64,000 nt of DNA from Candidatus Falkowbacteria bacterium CG10_big_fil_rev_8_21_14_0_10_37_14 (GTDB lineage Bacteria; Patescibacteriota; Patescibacteriia; Patescibacteriales; Patescibacteriaceae). The stretch covers positions 20,109 through 84,108 of the forward strand of contig PFAM01000004.1 of the NCBI GenBank assembly GCA_002778705.1. Direction: 5' to 3'. Positions 59,652-64,000 of this stretch are shown in pieces; within the stretch, counting starts at the first letter, position 1; the number at the start of each line of letters is the position of its first letter. The notes under the pieces are model-generated. The model ran no database searches. It saw only the letters and a list, made by a program, of their open reading frames with translations, and was not told where the DNA came from. A program made the translations under genes and the position numbers.

Positions 59652-60962
59652 ATGCAAGAACAAAAACTAGATGCGATGGATAAAATTATCTCGCTAGCCA
59701 AACGCCGAGGCTTTATTTTTCCCGGCTCAGATATTTACGGGGGTTTGGCTAATGCTTGGGATTACGGGCCTTTGGGCGTGGAACTCAAAAACAATGTTAA
59801 GCAACGCTGGTGGAAGACTTTTGTAACTAGGCGTGCAGATATGGTTGGTTTGGATGCTGCACTTTTAATGAACACTAAAGTTTGGCAAGCTTCTGGACAC
59901 TTAAAAGAATTTTCTGACCCGCTGGTGGAATGCAAGGCCTGCCACGCGCGTTTTCGGGCTGATCAAATTGATATTAAGTCCCCTTGCCCGGATTGCAAGA
60001 AAGGCGAACTAACCGCACCAAAGCAATTTAACTTAATGTTAAAAACTTTTTTAGGACCGGTGGAAAGCGAAGATAATGTAGTTTATTTTAGACCGGAAAC
60101 CGCGCAAGGTATTTTTGTTAATTTTAAAAACATTGCCGACACCATGCGAATGAAACTGCCTTTCGGTATTGCTCAAATTGGCAAAGCTTTTCGCAACGAA
60201 ATTACACCTGGTAATTATATCTTCCGCACTCGCGAGTTTGAACAAATGGAGATTGAATATTTTATCCGCCCACCAAAAGACGAAGCCGAGTGGCAAACCG
60301 CTTTCGAAGACTGGCGACTAGCTATTCTCGCTTGGTGTAGCGATCTCGGTTTAAAGACCGAAGAAGTTCATGAATTGGAAGTCGCTAAAGATGAACTGGC
60401 CCACTACTCCAAACGCACGATTGATTTTGAATATGATTTTCCTTTTGGTCGCAAAGAATTATTTGGTCTAGCTTATCGCACCGACTTTGATTTAAATAAT
60501 CACAGTCTAAACTATACCGATGATAACGGTGATAAATTAGTACCACACTGCATTGAGCCATCACTCGGCGTGGATCGCTCTATCTTAGCGGCTTTGTTAT
60601 CAGCCTACAGTGAAGAGGAAATAAAAGAGGGAGATATTCGCACGGTGTTAAAATTGCCGAAGTGGTTGGCGCCGATTAAGGCTGGTGTTTTCCCTTTAAT
60701 GAAAAATAAGCCGGAGCTAGTAGCTAAGGCTAAAGAAGTTTTTGCTTTATTGTCGGCCGACTACACCATGCAATATGACGATAATGGCAATGTCGGAAAA
60801 CGTTATCGCCGACAGGATGAAATCGGTACGCCATATTGTTTAACCATCGACTTCGATACCCTAGGAGATAATACAGTGACAGTGCGCGATCGCGATACTA
60901 TGGAGCAACAGCGTGTATTGATCGCTGAACTGCCAAATTTCTTAAGAACTAATATAAAATAA
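59652..60962 (+). CDS. glyS: Glycine--tRNA ligase (alpha2 type)
   Basis: KRRGF, DYGPLGVELK, RPETAQGIF, FRNEITP, FRTREFEQME, IEPSLGVDR, YRRQDEIGTP. Confidence 0.96.
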   Translation: MQEQKLDAMDKIISLAKRRGFIFPGSDIYGGLANAWDYGPLGVELKNNVKQRWWKTFVTRRADMVGLDAALLMNTKVWQASGHLKEFSDPLVECKACHARFRADQIDIKSPCPDCKKGELTAPKQFNLMLKTFLGPVESEDNVVYFRPETAQGIFVNFKNIADTMRMKLPFGIAQIGKAFRNEITPGNYIFRTREFEQMEIEYFIRPPKDEAEWQTAFEDWRLAILAWCSDLGLKTEEVHELEVAKDELAHYSKRTIDFEYDFPFGRKELFGLAYRTDFDLNNHSLNYTDDNGDKLVPHCIEPSLGVDRSILAALLSAYSEEEIKEGDIRTVLKLPKWLAPIKAGVFPLMKNKPELVAKAKEVFALLSADYTMQYDDNGNVGKRYRRQDEIGTPYCLTIDFDTLGDNTVTVRDRDTMEQQRVLIAELPNFLRTNIK

Positions 60963-62246
60963 ATGTATCAAGAACATAAATTAGCCAACGGCTTAAAATT
61001 AATTACTGTGCCGATGGCTGGCACCGAGACTACTACACTACTAGTGATGTTCGCTACTGGCTCGCGTTTTGAATCGCGCGAACAAAATGGCTTATCACAC
61101 TTTTTGGAACACATGTTTTTCAAAGGCACAACCAAGCGCCCTGATACCATGTCAATTTCTTCGGCCTTGGATAATGTTGGCGCCGAATTCAACGCTTTTA
61201 CCAGTAAAGAATACACTGGTTATTGGATAAAGACTGCCGGCGAACATACCGAGCTGGCCTTGGATGTCTTATCTGATATGTTAATCAATTCTAAATTTGA
61301 CGAAAACGAAATTAACCGTGAAAAAGGAGTTATCACTGAAGAAATTAATATGTACCAAGATAATCCGATGTGGTACATTGAAGAAATTTTTGAAGCCCTG
61401 ATTTACGGTGACACTCCAGCCGGTTGGGACACCGCCGGTACCAAAGAAAATGTGGCAGGGTTTACCCGTGAGCAATTTATAACTTATTGGCAACAACAAT
61501 ATGGCAGTGATAGTGCTACTTTAATTTTAGCTGGTAAACTGCCAGAGAATCCTGAGGCTTTAATCGGTCGCTATTTTGACGGTTTGAATAAGAGCACTTA
61601 TAAAAAACAATTACCAACGGTTGATACTTTTAATGGACCGAAATTAAAAATCCATTTCAAAGATACCGACCAAGCTCATCTGTCCTTAGGCGTGCGAAGT
61701 GTGCCTTATGCTTCGGCTGATGAATCAACTATTAAAGTTTTATCAGTAATTTTAGGAGGGTCAATGTCTTCTAGGCTTTTTACTCAACTTAGAGAGCGTA
61801 ACGGTCTAGCTTACTATGTGCGTTGTAACCAAGAGAGTTATACCGATACCGGCTACATGACGACGCAAGCTGGAGTGCCGACCGATAAAATTGAACAAGC
61901 TATCAAAATAATTTTAGCTGAATACTCTAAACTGACTACCGAGCTGGTTCCTGATGAAGAATTAACCAGAGTGAAAAATTTGTTAAAAGGCAAAACACCA
62001 TTGTCACTAGAATCTTCGGATGAAGTGGCGGAGTTTTACGCTCGCCAAGCTGTGTTGTTGTTTGAACAAGAGAATCCTCGCCGAGGGATTATCAAGCCTG
62101 ATGAATTATTAAAAGGCATTGACGGCGTGAGAGCCGAGGATATTCAAGCACTGGCTAAGAAGTTATTTAGACCAGAGAACTTGAATTTAGCGGTGATTGG
62201 GCCCTACAAAGACTCCGCCCCTTTCGAAGCCTTGCTTAAATTGTAA
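60963..62246 (+). CDS. M16 family zinc peptidase
   Basis: HFLEHMFFKGT, NAFTSKE, SSRLF..LRERNGLAY. Confidence 0.94.
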   Translation: MYQEHKLANGLKLITVPMAGTETTTLLVMFATGSRFESREQNGLSHFLEHMFFKGTTKRPDTMSISSALDNVGAEFNAFTSKEYTGYWIKTAGEHTELALDVLSDMLINSKFDENEINREKGVITEEINMYQDNPMWYIEEIFEALIYGDTPAGWDTAGTKENVAGFTREQFITYWQQQYGSDSATLILAGKLPENPEALIGRYFDGLNKSTYKKQLPTVDTFNGPKLKIHFKDTDQAHLSLGVRSVPYASADESTIKVLSVILGGSMSSRLFTQLRERNGLAYYVRCNQESYTDTGYMTTQAGVPTDKIEQAIKIILAEYSKLTTELVPDEELTRVKNLLKGKTPLSLESSDEVAEFYARQAVLLFEQENPRRGIIKPDELLKGIDGVRAEDIQALAKKLFRPENLNLAVIGPYKDSAPFEALLKL

Positions 62247-62254
62247 TATATTGT

Positions 62255-62294
62255 AATACAAAAAAATCTTCCATTAGGAAGATTTTTTTGTATT
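62255..62294. terminator. Bidirectional terminator with an 18-bp perfect inverted repeat
   Basis: AATACAAAAAAATCTTCC-ATTA-GGAAGATTTTTTTGTATT between convergent genes. Confidence 0.85.
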
Positions 62295-62303
62295 GTTTTT
62301 TTC

Positions 62304-63326
62304 TTATCTGGTGGCGTTATAGAGAGCGGAGACTTCAGCGGCGGACAAAACTCGATCATAAATACGAACATCTGACACATACCCAAGCGACTGAGTGAAT
62401 AGATTTATAGTTGAGGCTATAGCGACGGAAGTAACAGCTAAGCCATTGCCGGAAACTACATAATTATTATCAACATAGATCTGCTTATAACTATCAGACC
62501 CTCTAAAGACAAAGCCTACAAAATGCCAGGTACCATCCTGTAAATTAACATAACCATATTGATATAAACTATTATGAGCATACAACAGCATATTATTTGT
62601 TGTTCCGTGTACTAATTTTAATCCTTGTGACCAACTAGAAATTAAATATTGCTCATTTTGAACTCCTATCTTAACCCAAGCAAAAACAGAGTAAGTGTAG
62701 TTAGCCGGCGTTTGTGCCCAATTAAAATTAGGTACGCTTAAATAAGAACCCCCACCACCATCAGAATAATAACTTCCATTTGCCTCACCAAATCTGCCAG
62801 TACTCGTACTAATGCCGCCAATAATTGTCGCCGTCTTACCGCCTGCCAAATCTTTCGTGCCATTTATTCCATCCAACATCCACCAACCAACTAAACCATT
62901 GGTGGGGCCGAGATCGCGAGTTTGTCCACTTTTTTCTATTCTTCTGGCGCCGGCTGGAACATCGCCAACGGCTTTAGATAAACAACCGATTAAAGAATAG
63001 TTATCATTGCCGGCAGCATATTGATAATCTAAATCAGCACAAGCACCCTCGGCTCTCGGGGTTGGGTTATTAGGCACTTTGGCCATATAGGTTTTAGAGC
63101 CGTCGGCCGAAACCAATGGTTGACCAGGGGTAATAATACTCGGGTAAGCCGTGTAATCAGCATAATACATCTCAAGTGCTGTCGAGATTTGTTTAAGATC
63201 GCTAATGCGCTTGGAGTCTCTAGCTCTAGTGCGGGCACCATTAACGGCTACGGTCGCTAAAGTTGCCAAGACGCCAATAATGACGATGACGGCTAATAAT
63301 TCAATTAGGGTGAAGCCTTTTTTTAT
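62304..63326 (-). CDS. Prepilin N-methylation + LamG protein, paralogue of 2833-3916; begins with ATA rather than ATG
   Basis: ATA AAA AAA GGC TTC ACC CTA ATT GAA = (I)KKGFTLIE, with an in-frame TAA at 63339-63341; LamG motifs GLVGWW, WHFVGF, VRIYDRVLS. Confidence 0.85.
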   Translation of the reverse strand: MKKGFTLIELLAVIVIIGVLATLATVAVNGARTRARDSKRISDLKQISTALEMYYADYTAYPSIITPGQPLVSADGSKTYMAKVPNNPTPRAEGACADLDYQYAAGNDNYSLIGCLSKAVGDVPAGARRIEKSGQTRDLGPTNGLVGWWMLDGINGTKDLAGGKTATIIGGISTSTGRFGEANGSYYSDGGGGSYLSVPNFNWAQTPANYTYSVFAWVKIGVQNEQYLISSWSQGLKLVHGTTNNMLLYAHNSLYQYGYVNLQDGTWHFVGFVFRGSDSYKQIYVDNNYVVSGNGLAVTSVAIASTINLFTQSLGYVSDVRIYDRVLSAAEVSALYNATR

Positions 63327-63417
63327 AGTAAATTGATTTTACCACACATCCCTAAAAAACAAAAGCCAGCCTTACAGCCGGTTCGGTGGTTATTTTTAAA
63401 ATTTATCTTGTGTGCAG

Positions 63418-63750
63418 TTATTTTAATAATTTAATCAACTCTCTTTTTAATTTCGGTAAACCAATTTTAGCTGTCTCCCAAGCATGATTTAAATCGACAT
63501 CAAAATATTCATGAATTACAATATCACGCATACCGGCAATGTTACGCCAAGGGATATTAGTATTTTGCTTTCTAATACTCTCGGGGATATTTTTAACAGC
63601 TTCGCCGATAATACCGATGCGTCTAATGACCGCGTCTTGTTTTTCTTTGTCAGCTAAAAAATCTTTTTTGCTAACACCATCAATATACTCAGCGACGACT
63701 TCAATACTTTCTAAAATATGCTGAATATAAATTTGAGGATTTTTGATCAT
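63418..63750 (-). CDS. HEPN/DUF86 ribonuclease toxin (intact)
   Basis: YIQHILESI, DAVIRRIGIIGEA, IPWRNIAGMRDIVIHEYFDVD (RX4H motif). Confidence 0.92.
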   Translation of the reverse strand: MIKNPQIYIQHILESIEVVAEYIDGVSKKDFLADKEKQDAVIRRIGIIGEAVKNIPESIRKQNTNIPWRNIAGMRDIVIHEYFDVDLNHAWETAKIGLPKLKRELIKLLK

Positions 63751-64000
63751 ATAATTTTAACCAAATCTTTCATAACATAAGTTTTGATAGCCGGCCTTAA
63801 AGCCGCTTTAGTTACCAAGTCAACCTCACGCCCCATAGCATCTTCTAAAGTAAATTTTAAACCGGCCAAATCAAATAAAGTTTTGCCTTTACCAAAATCT
63901 ATGAGTAAATCGATATCACTCTTAGCAGTAGCTTCGCCACGAGCAAAAGACCCAAACAAGCTGGCGCTTTTGACCCCTTGCTGTTTTAAAATCTTTTTTA
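63747..64000 (-). CDS. Minimal nucleotidyltransferase antitoxin (5' end outside the window)
   Basis: LFGSFARGE...SDIDLLIDF, REVDLVT. Confidence 0.9.
   Translation of the reverse strand, partial: KKILKQQGVKSASLFGSFARGEATAKSDIDLLIDFGKGKTLFDLAGLKFTLEDAMGREVDLVTKAALRPAIKTYVMKDLVKII

Overview
AT-rich bacterial chromosomal segment read in genetic code 11. Gene content points to a Patescibacteria/CPR (Parcubacteria, probably ABY1-like) genome, by inference: many type IV pilins, GRILLQVE..GEAWY repeat protein, alpha2-type GlyRS, A-rich leaders without SD. It holds housekeeping genes (prfB with +1 frameshift, gap, RluA-family synthase, thrS, galU, rnhB, asnS, gatC, ligA, S41 protease, rmuC, glyS, M16 peptidase), a glycosylation set, and an extensive pilus repertoire: three tandem major pilins, PilM, two minor-pilin operons and two pilin-LamG paralogues that both lack an in-frame start. 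An accessory block at about 31.5-40.2 kb holds response regulators, a 7TM histidine kinase, an acyl-ACP-reductase-like enzyme preceded by a small peptide ORF, AbiE, RhuM and a RelE-type TA pair. Most notable observations: (1) a candidate signal synthase plus cognate 7TM receptor cassette; (2) a family of heptamer-periodic inverted-repeat elements placed right after stop codons, either empty or carrying a four-helix-bundle gene; (3) a compact transcriptional T-box with an ultra-short Stem I before thrS; (4) possibly phase-variable pilin-LamG genes, each downstream of an MNT-HEPN pair. No tRNA, rRNA or CRISPR array was recognised. All family assignments are by eye from motifs; no database search was run.
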